Shown here one piece after another: positions 8,558 through 17,203 of a stretch of 23,496 nt of DNA (position 1 is the first letter of the stretch; every line of letters starts with the position of its first letter). The notes beneath the pieces were generated by a model, which saw only the letters and a list, made by a program, of their open reading frames with translations, made no database searches and was not told the origin of the DNA. Source of the stretch: Candidatus Hodarchaeota archaeon (GTDB lineage Archaea; Asgardarchaeota; Heimdallarchaeia; Hodarchaeales; Hodarchaeaceae); contig JAEOTC010000083.1 of the NCBI GenBank assembly GCA_016840035.1, forward strand, positions 1-23,496, written 5' to 3'. The translations under genes were made by a program, and so were the position numbers.

Positions 8558-10786
8558 ATGAAGATTGAAGCATTACCGATTCAAGCGGGAATAAAAGAAA
8601 TAATAATAGAATCTGACGGTATTAAAGATTTATACCCACCTCAAGAGTCTGCTTTTAAACAAGGACTGTTAAGTGACAAAAACCTTGTAATCTCTATTCC
8701 TACCGCGGCAGGGAAAACTTTACTTGCAGAAATTGCTGCACTACAACATGTTCTTGAAAATCGTAGTAAAGTCGTCTATTTATGTCCATTACGAGCATTA
8801 GCAAGTGAAAAGTACCAGAATTTTAAACGGTTTCAATCTCTGGGTGTAAAAGTAGCAATTACTTCTGGAGATTATGATTCTAAGGACCATTATCTTCCTC
8901 GATATGATATAATTATTTCGACAAATGAGAAATTTGATGCCCTTATGCGCCATCAAGTTACTTGGATCGAGGATGAAGTAAGTCTAGTCATAGTTGATGA
9001 ATGTCACTTATTAAATGATCAGCATCGTGGACCAACATTAGAAATCTTATTGGCGCGCCTTTTACAGAGGAATTCTGGCTTACAAATCATAGCATTAAGT
9101 GCAACTGTAGGAAACAGTGAGGAACTTGCAGAATGGTTGGATGCCGAACTTGTACAAAGTGATTGGCGGCCTGTTCCCTTAAAAGAAGGAGTTTATTATG
9201 ATGATTATGTAACATATTCTGATTACTCTACTCGCGATATTCCATATAAAAGGAAGGATCCTTTGCTCAATCTAGCTCTTGACTCCTATCATTCAAAAGA
9301 ACAGCTTTTAATATTTAATCCTTCCCGTAGATCCGCTGTAGCAACTGCTAATAAGATAGGTAATCAACTAGAACCCCTCCTTAGCCATCTTGAAAAAAAG
9401 AAACTCTCTGATAGGGCTAGTACAATTACTACAAACCTATCGGATCCATTATCAAAACAATTGGTTACCTGTGTTAAGAAAGGAACTGCCTTTCATCATG
9501 CAGGATTAAATTCTAATCAGCGTTCGATAATAGAGGAATCGTTTAAAGAAGGTTTAATTAAAATACTATGCGCTACGCCTACTTTAGCCGCTGGAATAAA
9601 TGTTCCCGCAAAAAGAGTGATCATTTCGAGTGTTTATCGGTATTCAGTTGAACAAGGCTCATATCCAATTATGACACTTGAATATAAACAGATGAGCGGC
9701 CGTGCTGGGCGCCCTCAATACGATAAAGAAGGTGAAGCGATTTTAATCGCAAAACAACCTCATATAGTGCAATGGCTTATGGATCGATATATTTTAAAGG
9801 ATTCAGAAGCGGTATATTCGAAATTAGCAGCTATGCCAGCCCTCCGTCGAAGTATTTTAGGGTTAATTGCCTCGAGAGTTATACCTGATATTGAGGAATT
9901 ACTAAAATTCTTTGAAAAAACATTTTATGGTTTCCAGTATGAGGCAGCGTTGTTGGAGAACAAAATTCGGGAGGTAATCGATATGTTAATCGTCTGGGAA
10001 ATGATTAATCCTTTAGATGCACGTGAAACACTTAGAGCTACTCCATATGGAACCAGAGTAAGTCAGCTCTATCTTGATCCCGAAACGGCGGCTTATGTTG
10101 TAGAAGGATTGAAGGATGTAGTAGAAAAAGGGATTTCCAAAATTCATCCAATTGCGTTGTTTGATTTGTTGGTAGGTACTCCAGATATGGTTAACTTGAT
10201 GTTCGGAAAAGCAAATCAAGCTGCTGCTGAAAAAAGGTTTGATAAATTTGCTAGTCGCCTATTAAAATCTGTTCCAGATAAGGATGACATTGAATATGAT
10301 TTTCGATTGCGGGATTTCTATACTGCATTATTTTTATGGGATTGGGTGAATGAATTACCTATTGAAAAGTTACTTATTCGTTATAAAATCGGAGCAGGAG
10401 ATGTACATCGAATTACTGACACTGCCACATGGCTTACCGCCGCTATTAGTGAAATAACCTCTATTTTTGCTAAAGCCAATCCTCGTTTTCTTTTCCTCAC
10501 CAAGAAAGCTGAAACATTGTCCGAAAGAGTGAAATATGGAATTAAGAGCGATGCAGTAAGTTTAACTACTATTAAAGGTATAGGTCGCAAAAGAGCGCGC
10601 ATTTTACTGGATCATGGAATCCGAAACACCACCCAACTTGCGAAAATTGAACAATCTCAAATTTCAAGTATCCCTGGATTTGGAAAAGAGCTCACAAAAA
10701 CAATAATGAACGAAATTGCTAAAATGGAAGCATCTGAGCAAGATCAGAGAATGCAAGATATAGGAAGTTCTGATATTCTTCACTAA
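8558..10786 (+). CDS. hel308: Hel308/Hjm Ski2-like SF2 DNA helicase
   Basis: Q-motif LYPPQ, PTAAGKT, PLRALASEK, DECH, LSAT, AFHHAGL, TPTLAAGINVPA, QMSGRAGRP, RVKYG and C-terminal HhH (KGIGRKRARIL). Confidence 0.95.
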   Translation: MKIEALPIQAGIKEIIIESDGIKDLYPPQESAFKQGLLSDKNLVISIPTAAGKTLLAEIAALQHVLENRSKVVYLCPLRALASEKYQNFKRFQSLGVKVAITSGDYDSKDHYLPRYDIIISTNEKFDALMRHQVTWIEDEVSLVIVDECHLLNDQHRGPTLEILLARLLQRNSGLQIIALSATVGNSEELAEWLDAELVQSDWRPVPLKEGVYYDDYVTYSDYSTRDIPYKRKDPLLNLALDSYHSKEQLLIFNPSRRSAVATANKIGNQLEPLLSHLEKKKLSDRASTITTNLSDPLSKQLVTCVKKGTAFHHAGLNSNQRSIIEESFKEGLIKILCATPTLAAGINVPAKRVIISSVYRYSVEQGSYPIMTLEYKQMSGRAGRPQYDKEGEAILIAKQPHIVQWLMDRYILKDSEAVYSKLAAMPALRRSILGLIASRVIPDIEELLKFFEKTFYGFQYEAALLENKIREVIDMLIVWEMINPLDARETLRATPYGTRVSQLYLDPETAAYVVEGLKDVVEKGISKIHPIALFDLLVGTPDMVNLMFGKANQAAAEKRFDKFASRLLKSVPDKDDIEYDFRLRDFYTALFLWDWVNELPIEKLLIRYKIGAGDVHRITDTATWLTAAISEITSIFAKANPRFLFLTKKAETLSERVKYGIKSDAVSLTTIKGIGRKRARILLDHGIRNTTQLAKIEQSQISSIPGFGKELTKTIMNEIAKMEASEQDQRMQDIGSSDILH

Positions 10787-11012
10787 ATAGAGCTACAAAA
10801 AATCAATTATCACTTATTTTAGTCGCCAAACGTCGATTTTACGACAATTTCCTGACGATAAATTAGGATTTAAATCCATTCTAATAGGAACTTCTTACTT
10901 TAACATCTCAATTTCCATACAAAAAACCATACATTTTTACATAGAGTAAATACACATTATAAAGAACGTTATTCAAAAAAAATAGTTACAGAACTTTCAC
11001 TAGGTGCGGAAA

Positions 11013-11876
11013 ATGAGCTCTTCAATAATTGAGTACCCAATTGATCATGGTAAAGATCTCATACCTCTTTTTGGAGATGAAATAAATCTCGCTACAATAT
11101 TACAATCTATTCTTACAGAGAAAATCGGAATAATTTACAGTAACGATGTGGAAAATCCAACTGTAGCCTTGGTTTGTTATGATGTCTTGAATTTTGTAGC
11201 AGGTGACAGTAATAAGATAGAGGCAAAGGAGCTTCTCCCTTTCATTCCATTCCACAAAATTATCATTACTTCTGATGATAGTTGGGTTCAATTACTCCGA
11301 AATGAATGGGGGAATAGATTCATTGAAGTGAAAGCTCCAAGAAAAAAATTTTCTTCAAACTCATTAGATCTCAGTTATATAAGAACGCTCAAAGGATCAC
11401 TACCCGAGGAATATCGTATTGCTCCAATATCCCATGAAAATATGCTTTATTTCGATAAGATGATGAAAGATTATATATTTAGTTTATTCAGCACATCTGA
11501 AGAGTTTTTACGAACAGGTTTTGGATATTGTATAATGCATGATCAAAAAATCATTTGCGCAGCTGCCACATCGCATCCACCTGTAGAAAATGCCTTTGAA
11601 ATACAGATCGTTACCCGAAAAGAATATCGATGTCAGGGTTTAGCCACTATAGCTGCTGCTTATCTGATTGAATATAGCCTTGAAAATCGATATGATCCTA
11701 GATGGGATGCGGATAACGAAACGTCAGCTAAACTAGCAGAAAAATTAGGATATAGTAATCCTGTACCTTATAAGATTTATTTCCGAGCTAGACTTCCTGT
11801 AGTAATCCTAAGGAAACTCAAAATTAATCACATTATTAGAATCGTCTTAAAAATAATTGGAAAATCTCCAGAATAA
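11013..11876 (+). CDS. GNAT-family acetyltransferase (two-domain, C-terminal GNAT)
   Basis: GFGYCI, EIQIVT..EYRCQGLATIAAA, PRWDADNETSAKLAEKLGY. ATG 11013 is preferred over GTG 11004 because the SD-like AGGTG lies 6 nt upstream of it. Confidence 0.85.
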   Translation: MSSSIIEYPIDHGKDLIPLFGDEINLATILQSILTEKIGIIYSNDVENPTVALVCYDVLNFVAGDSNKIEAKELLPFIPFHKIIITSDDSWVQLLRNEWGNRFIEVKAPRKKFSSNSLDLSYIRTLKGSLPEEYRIAPISHENMLYFDKMMKDYIFSLFSTSEEFLRTGFGYCIMHDQKIICAAATSHPPVENAFEIQIVTRKEYRCQGLATIAAAYLIEYSLENRYDPRWDADNETSAKLAEKLGYSNPVPYKIYFRARLPVVILRKLKINHIIRIVLKIIGKSPE

Positions 11877-11983
11877 TATTTGAAGAGTAATCTCCTTAAC
11901 GATTCATAGAATATTAGAAAATCTACACCTATGAACTGTTAAAAGCTGAAATTTACGTTAGAATTTACCTGAGGTCTGAAAGA

Positions 11984-13138
11984 ATGAATAAAACCGATTT
12001 AATGTTAGAAGAAATGCTAGAGCAACCAAAAATACTTGAATCGATATTAAAAAACTCTGATGATATCGAAAAGGTTGCAAACAAGGTTAAAGAGGAAAAT
12101 ATTGAGAAAATTATACTAACTGGGTGTGGTGACAGTTTTTGCGCCTCATGGTTCGGAGCCCTCTTAGCAAAAAAATGGTGTCCTCAATTCGAGGTTCAAC
12201 ATTTTGAACCTTTTGATTTTGTTAATTATTATAATCCCAAAAATTTGGAAAACACTTTAGTTATTGGTATTTCCGTGTCGGGAGGAACTTTACGAGTTTT
12301 AGAAGCATTACGTTTTTCTCGTGTAAATAAAGCTACTACTCTCGTAATCACGGATAATCCCAAAGGTAAGATTGTGAAAGAAACTGATATGCAGCTTTTA
12401 ATCCATGCTTCTCCACCTGAATCATTACTCTCAACTTCATATAAGTCAGAAGTCGCCCAGCAATATATTGGATACCAGAATGATGTTGCACAAACAAAAA
12501 CCTATCTAGCCAATTTAGGAGTCTTAATTCTATTTATGACTTATTTAGCTCCCAAACCAGAAAATCATCTTCAAGAAGTGCGAAATTCGTTTTCTCGGGT
12601 GAGTGATGCCTTAGAATTAAAAAGTGAGTACATAAAAATGGGTAAGTTATTGGCAAATACCTCAAGAAATATCTCATTCGTTGGTTCAGGGCCAAATTCT
12701 CCAACAAGTCTTTTCGGGGCCTACAAAATGTTTGAATTTACCTTACATGGATTTTCCAGTGATATTGAAGAATACTGTCATACACGCTATTTTATTACAG
12801 ACGAAAAGTCAAGTGTGATTTTCTTAGCTCCAGATATTCAGTGTTACAATCGGATTATGGAGATTGAACCAGTCCTAAGAGATACCATTAAGGCCCAAAC
12901 GGTGATAATCACCAAAAAGGAATTTTCACCCTCTATAACCCCCAAAGTAATTCCACTTACGCTACCTGAAGATCCAATTTTGTCTCCCTTAGTATTGACT
13001 ATTCCAGTCGAATTTATATCCTATTCCTTGGCTAAAGAGTTGGGATTTAATACTAATACCTTTCGTGGAGGAGTAGAAACTGAGAAATATGTCACAGGTT
13101 CCTTTGCTACAATAAGACAGTCACGATTACAGTACTGA
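11984..13138 (+). CDS. Tandem SIS-domain protein (GlmS isomerase-domain/FrlB/AgaS-like sugar-phosphate isomerase or deaminase)
   Basis: LEEMLEQP, TGCGDS, ISVSGGT, QTKTY, second SIS with FVGSGP..GAYKMFE and EEYCH. No glutaminase domain. Confidence 0.85.
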   Translation: MNKTDLMLEEMLEQPKILESILKNSDDIEKVANKVKEENIEKIILTGCGDSFCASWFGALLAKKWCPQFEVQHFEPFDFVNYYNPKNLENTLVIGISVSGGTLRVLEALRFSRVNKATTLVITDNPKGKIVKETDMQLLIHASPPESLLSTSYKSEVAQQYIGYQNDVAQTKTYLANLGVLILFMTYLAPKPENHLQEVRNSFSRVSDALELKSEYIKMGKLLANTSRNISFVGSGPNSPTSLFGAYKMFEFTLHGFSSDIEEYCHTRYFITDEKSSVIFLAPDIQCYNRIMEIEPVLRDTIKAQTVIITKKEFSPSITPKVIPLTLPEDPILSPLVLTIPVEFISYSLAKELGFNTNTFRGGVETEKYVTGSFATIRQSRLQY

Positions 13139-13153
13139 CTAGCATTGTATAGC

Positions 13154-13864
13154 TTAACGGCTTTTTATTACACCAATGCGCATACATTGGTTAAATATGG
13201 GACATTGACTACATTTGGGACTTGTTGGGGTGCATATGTTCTGTCCCCATCTTACTAGGATGTCATTAATCGGAATCCACCATTTTTTAGGAAGAGTTTT
13301 TCGCAACATCATTTCTACAGTGTCTGCATCATGAAAAATAACCTTACCTTGCTTTTCCCCTTTAATAGGGATGAAACCAATTCTTTGAGTTATCCTTCCA
13401 ACGTGCACATCTACACAAATTCCAGGTTTTCCGAAACCCATGGTGATAACAAGATTTGCTGTTTTTCGTCCCACTCCCTTAAAACTCAACAGTTCATTGA
13501 GAGATGAAGGAACTTTACCCTCATATTCATCTAGAAGTCGTTGACAAATATCTCGAATAGTTTCAGCCTTACGATGGTAAAACCCTACTGGATAAATTAT
13601 TTTCTCGAGTTCTTCCATCGGTAGCTTCAGAATTTCCTCTGGAGTTGCTGCTTTATCAAAAAGTGCTTTACTGGCCTTGTAAGTTGTTTCATCTTTTGTC
13701 CGTAAGCTTAGTATGGTCGCAATGAGAATCTGAAATGGATTTCGCTTTTTTTTAGATATGTTAGTAACTAAAGGATCTTGAAGAGTTGATGTGAATTCCT
13801 TTAATGTTGTTAAAATACTATCAAACGTATTTGCATCTATTTGAGATGAACTATGAATTACCAT
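13154..13864 (-). CDS. nth: Endonuclease III (HhH-GPD glycosylase/AP lyase, 4Fe-4S)
   Basis: PFQILIATILSLRTKD, HhH LLSFKGVGRKTANLV, catalytic VDVHV, FeS motif C-x6-C-x2-C-x5-C (CTPTSPKCSQCPIFNQC). Confidence 0.95.
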   Translation of the reverse strand: MVIHSSSQIDANTFDSILTTLKEFTSTLQDPLVTNISKKKRNPFQILIATILSLRTKDETTYKASKALFDKAATPEEILKLPMEELEKIIYPVGFYHRKAETIRDICQRLLDEYEGKVPSSLNELLSFKGVGRKTANLVITMGFGKPGICVDVHVGRITQRIGFIPIKGEKQGKVIFHDADTVEMMLRKTLPKKWWIPINDILVRWGQNICTPTSPKCSQCPIFNQCMRIGVIKSR

Positions 13865-13924
13865 AAACCTCTAACCAGCATTTAATTAGAAAAAAAGATA
13901 TTTGGGACATAATCCCCTATTCTC

Positions 13925-14473
13925 CTATTTGCTTAAATTTTTGCTCATTTCAAATCTAGCTTCAATTCCTCCTCCTTGTTCCTGTGTATAAGCTTCTAAA
14001 TCAAATCCAATGAGATTAAACCCATTTTTTAAGTAAAAATTAATCGCTTTGATATTAGTATTTTGGCATTCCAAAACTAACGCCCTAGAACCAAATTTTT
14101 TCGCTTTTTTGTAAATAAAATCAATGAGAAGAGTACCGAATCCCTTTCTCTGGTATTCTGGTTGAATTATAATATCCCAAACGCGTGTTCGATTTGAATG
14201 GCTTTGATGTTCAAATACCGCAATTCCAATCTCTCTATCTTCTGCGTTCTGCAATACGTAATATTCTGCCTCTCCTTTGTACGGTTCAAACAGTTGATAG
14301 TCCCATCTTTTACTGAAAGATTCTTTAAACGATGCTTTCTCCCATTCAAAGACCCATCCTTTATTGTCTGGTTTAACTTGTACCTTTACCCTGTAAAAAT
14401 AATCAGATGTATATTCTATCTTTACTTTCTTATTTTTTGGATAATCTTCTTCAAATATTCGTGTGATCTGCAA
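13925..14473 (-). CDS. GNAT N-acetyltransferase, streptothricin acetyltransferase (Sat)-like
   Basis: WDIIIQPEYQRKGFGTLL, LECQNTNIKAINFYLKNGF.LIGFD..AY. TTG start with SD GAGGAG 6 nt upstream. Confidence 0.85.
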   Translation of the reverse strand: MQITRIFEEDYPKNKKVKIEYTSDYFYRVKVQVKPDNKGWVFEWEKASFKESFSKRWDYQLFEPYKGEAEYYVLQNAEDREIGIAVFEHQSHSNRTRVWDIIIQPEYQRKGFGTLLIDFIYKKAKKFGSRALVLECQNTNIKAINFYLKNGFNLIGFDLEAYTQEQGGGIEARFEMSKNLSK

Positions 14474-14632
14474 GAATTACTCCTCGCTTTTGGTGTATAG
14501 AAAATAGAGTGAACAGGAAATTCTAGTTTGGACGAAATTGGGATATAATACACACCCTAATCTCGAATATATGTTTGTTTTTCTCTAAAGTGGATAAGGG
14601 GAATATTATAAAATAAGACGGATGAAGTTTCC

Positions 14633-14854
14633 TTGATTGGTTTGACGACTGAGGAATCTATTATTAAAGAGGAAATGATCCAAAAGCTGCTTAATGATCC
14701 TGATAAATTCGAAAGGATGTTTGCAGCCCAGTATTTATTTAAATACAGTTATCAAGAGAGTAAATCTATATTGAAGGATGCTCTAAAAGATAAGGATCCA
14801 GAAGTAGTCGTCTGCATCACTCGATTGTTTGAATGTAAAGAAGAATCGTTCTAA
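14633..14854 (+). CDS. Small HEAT/PBS-lyase repeat protein
   Basis: Two repeats, LLNDPDKFERMFAAQYL and LKDALKDKDPEVV. The start is uncertain. Confidence 0.65.
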   Translation: MIGLTTEESIIKEEMIQKLLNDPDKFERMFAAQYLFKYSYQESKSILKDALKDKDPEVVVCITRLFECKEESF

Positions 14855-14889
14855 AGACCATTTCAATAAATAATACTGATTACTACTTG

Positions 14890-15882
14890 CTATTTCTGTT
14901 CAGATGATTGTACCAAGTATACCGAGCTTATTGGAATATTTATAGGCCTTTTCGACCCCTTACCAACCAGTACAACAGATAAGTGATTATTATCAGTGTC
15001 AATAGCATCAATAGTTGCTTTTTTTCCTCTATAAGGACCATCTATGATTTTTATTAGGTCATTCGTTTTTAGACCCAGTTCAAGAGTCTTTTTAATATGA
15101 GCAAATGTTTTTATTCCAAATCGCCAGTGAATACGGAAATTTAGTCGTTTTTCTGGAACTCCTAAGAAGAGTTGCTTTTGTAAGGCCTGTAATGCTGATA
15201 GATCTTGTACAGCATCTGTAATTGCCCGAATCGTAGGATATTCAGAAACTAAATTCTCGATCTTATCTAAATTAAGTGAATTTGAAATATCTGTATTTGA
15301 ATAAACGAGATTGATGTTTTTTGTGTCAGTAACTTGTGATTGGTCAATAAAGGTTTGAAAAGAAAAGCGGGATGTTAATAATGGGGGAATAATTTTATCT
15401 AATGTGCCAAATAGATGAATGAGAGATGAGGGACTGCGTTCTACATGGCTTTCCAATATTATATGTTTTCTGCATAGGAGATACTCAACGAGTTTGGATG
15501 ACAATGGTAACGGCTCAAGGTTTTCAAAGTCATCAGAGCGAAGAAGACGATTTCCTTCTACGGATAAACTGCCATTAAATAGTGGAGAGATGAAATAGAG
15601 TGCTGATTTCTCATTATAGATCGAATTATCTATAATCAACGTATGTGTTTTAATTGCCTTTCTTCCAAATTGATCAGTACCATCATCGAAGGTAAATCTT
15701 AGACCAATTTTTCCTGAACTATGCAGAAATTTAGTTAAATATACTTCATCAAACTTTTTGGGACGTTTTTTTGGTACATACTGAGATAAGTCTTGGATCT
15801 GACTTTTAGAGACCGTAGCTTTAACAACATCTAATCCCTTCGGGGGGATATTTCTCACAATTACTTGATGAATATCAGTCAT
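14890..15882 (-). CDS. GTPase-associated protein: GAP1-N2/uDENN-like N-terminus, GAP1-M/cDENN-like middle, C-terminal Spt5/NusG-type KOW domain
   Basis: N-terminal HQVIV....KGLDVV...LSQYVP and LRFTFDDGTDQFGRKAIKTHTLII. Middle LLCRKHIILES...LDKIIPPLLTSRFSFQTF. C-terminal LKTNDLIKIIDGPYRGKKATIDAID...LSVVL..PINIPISSV (KOW, ~15075-14910). Follows the GTPase gene after a 26 nt gap. Confidence 0.6.
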   Translation of the reverse strand: MTDIHQVIVRNIPPKGLDVVKATVSKSQIQDLSQYVPKKRPKKFDEVYLTKFLHSSGKIGLRFTFDDGTDQFGRKAIKTHTLIIDNSIYNEKSALYFISPLFNGSLSVEGNRLLRSDDFENLEPLPLSSKLVEYLLCRKHIILESHVERSPSSLIHLFGTLDKIIPPLLTSRFSFQTFIDQSQVTDTKNINLVYSNTDISNSLNLDKIENLVSEYPTIRAITDAVQDLSALQALQKQLFLGVPEKRLNFRIHWRFGIKTFAHIKKTLELGLKTNDLIKIIDGPYRGKKATIDAIDTDNNHLSVVLVGKGSKRPINIPISSVYLVQSSEQK

Positions 15883-15908
15883 TGTTATTCCTATGTATGT
15901 TTAACGCT

Positions 15909-16535
15909 TTAGTACAATGCTTGTTTACACTTTTCAAAAATCTCATCTATTTTTTCGTATGGGGAGTCCTGTACACTAATGAAAACTCGTTCAAATACAG
16001 CAAAGGGAAAAGTCATCCTAAAATCTTTAACAACAGCGTCAAAATTATCCAGAAATTCATCAGCTTTCGTTTCATCGTAATTAATTGTATCCATTTTATT
16101 AACTACAAAAACGAATAGTGTTTTCTTCTTTCGAGCTTTTTTATCTGCCTTTTCTGGGTCTAAATTGATGCTGTCAAGAAAATAATTAAACGAATCTTCC
16201 ATTGCTACCCGTTGAGCTTCTACAGGTTGAGAAGGATCAAGCATAAATAGAATTCCATCAGTTTTATATCTACGCATGGCTTCACGCCATTTTCGTCTTA
16301 ATTTAAAGTCACCAGGATTGTCGACAGCTATAATATTGTATTTACGGTAGCGTTCTAAAGATATCTTTGATTGTTGTGCCGCAGACAGAAGAACCATCTT
16401 TTTTCTTTCAATAGTAATGTCCATCGTTTTTTCTGTGGCTGCAGGGTCTTCACCCTTCAACCTTTTTATAAGACTGGTCTTCCCAACACCTGTGTGCCCT
16501 AAAATAGTCATTCTAATATCTCTGTCTAGTACCAC
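15909..16535 (-). CDS. Small TRAFAC GTPase (Arf/SR-beta-like, Asgard type)
   Basis: G1 GHTGVGKT, G2 EKT, G3 VDNPGD, LRRKW, ILFMLD, G4 VNKMD, G5 FISV. GTG start with SD GGGGTGA upstream. Confidence 0.88.
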   Translation of the reverse strand: MVLDRDIRMTILGHTGVGKTSLIKRLKGEDPAATEKTMDITIERKKMVLLSAAQQSKISLERYRKYNIIAVDNPGDFKLRRKWREAMRRYKTDGILFMLDPSQPVEAQRVAMEDSFNYFLDSINLDPEKADKKARKKKTLFVFVVNKMDTINYDETKADEFLDNFDAVVKDFRMTFPFAVFERVFISVQDSPYEKIDEIFEKCKQALY

Positions 16536-17203
16536 GAGTAGTCACCCCAAAATAAAGGGCCGAGGAAGAGATTAGATTTATACTTCCTCACACTTTATCT
16601 GAATGAAAGCTCCTAATAAGACTAACCATATGGAATTAATATCAGATCTCAACGCTCATATTTATTAATACTAAAACAATGGATTATTGGTAATAATTCG
16701 TAATCTAGTTAATTTAAAACCCCCTATTTCCCTTTTAATAAAGAAAGAAACGCTTAAGAAGAACGAAGGATCTTTTTTTTCCTAATCATATCACTAAGAT
16801 CAAATCATGAAAAGAAGGCGTTACCTATATAAAATCAAAGATATGCAAAAATTGTTGTTCTTAAGCAAAAATGGAATGTTTTTTTAGGGAATCCAATTAC
16901 CAAGAAGATGAATTCGATGTCATAATTATTTTTAATTGAAAAAAATTCGTGTAGTACAGAAATCAAGCAGAATCTAAAGTTTTTATCGAAGTATAAATGA
17001 CGAAAAATATAATTAGGAAAAAATAAGTACGAAGAGAAGGTTTTAAACAAACAATGGAGCTAAGGGAACTTACCCCTAACCTCGTCATAAACGAGTACAA
17101 ATAGTGGATTTGCGGACGAATTTCGATAATGTGAGGTAAGGGCACAATCATGGAATCAGGCGGAAACAAGTCAAAAATAAAAAGCCTTTTAAACATGAAG
17201 CTA

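Noticed and set aside
10013-11291. ORFs 10013-10219(-), 10381-10602(-) and 11100-11291(-)
   Set aside because: Antisense to hel308 or the GNAT gene, with no protein-like features.
13925-14473. Calling this a true streptothricin resistance gene
   Set aside because: Only family-level GNAT similarity; there is no mobile context and the substrate cannot be inferred.
14167-14500. ORFs 14167-14349(-) and 14198-14500(+)
   Set aside because: They overlap the Sat-like GNAT; the Phe-rich composition is typical of antisense translation of Lys/Glu codons.
14890-15075. Calling the 330 aa protein Spt5/NusG
   Set aside because: Only the KOW domain matches; there is no NGN domain and no secE/rpl11 context.
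15882-16118. 78 aa plus-strand ORF
   Set aside because: Antisense to the GTPase gene.
16562-16589. Hairpin as a SECIS element
   Set aside because: It lacks the AUGA/GA core, and no in-frame TGA-interrupted gene was evident nearby.
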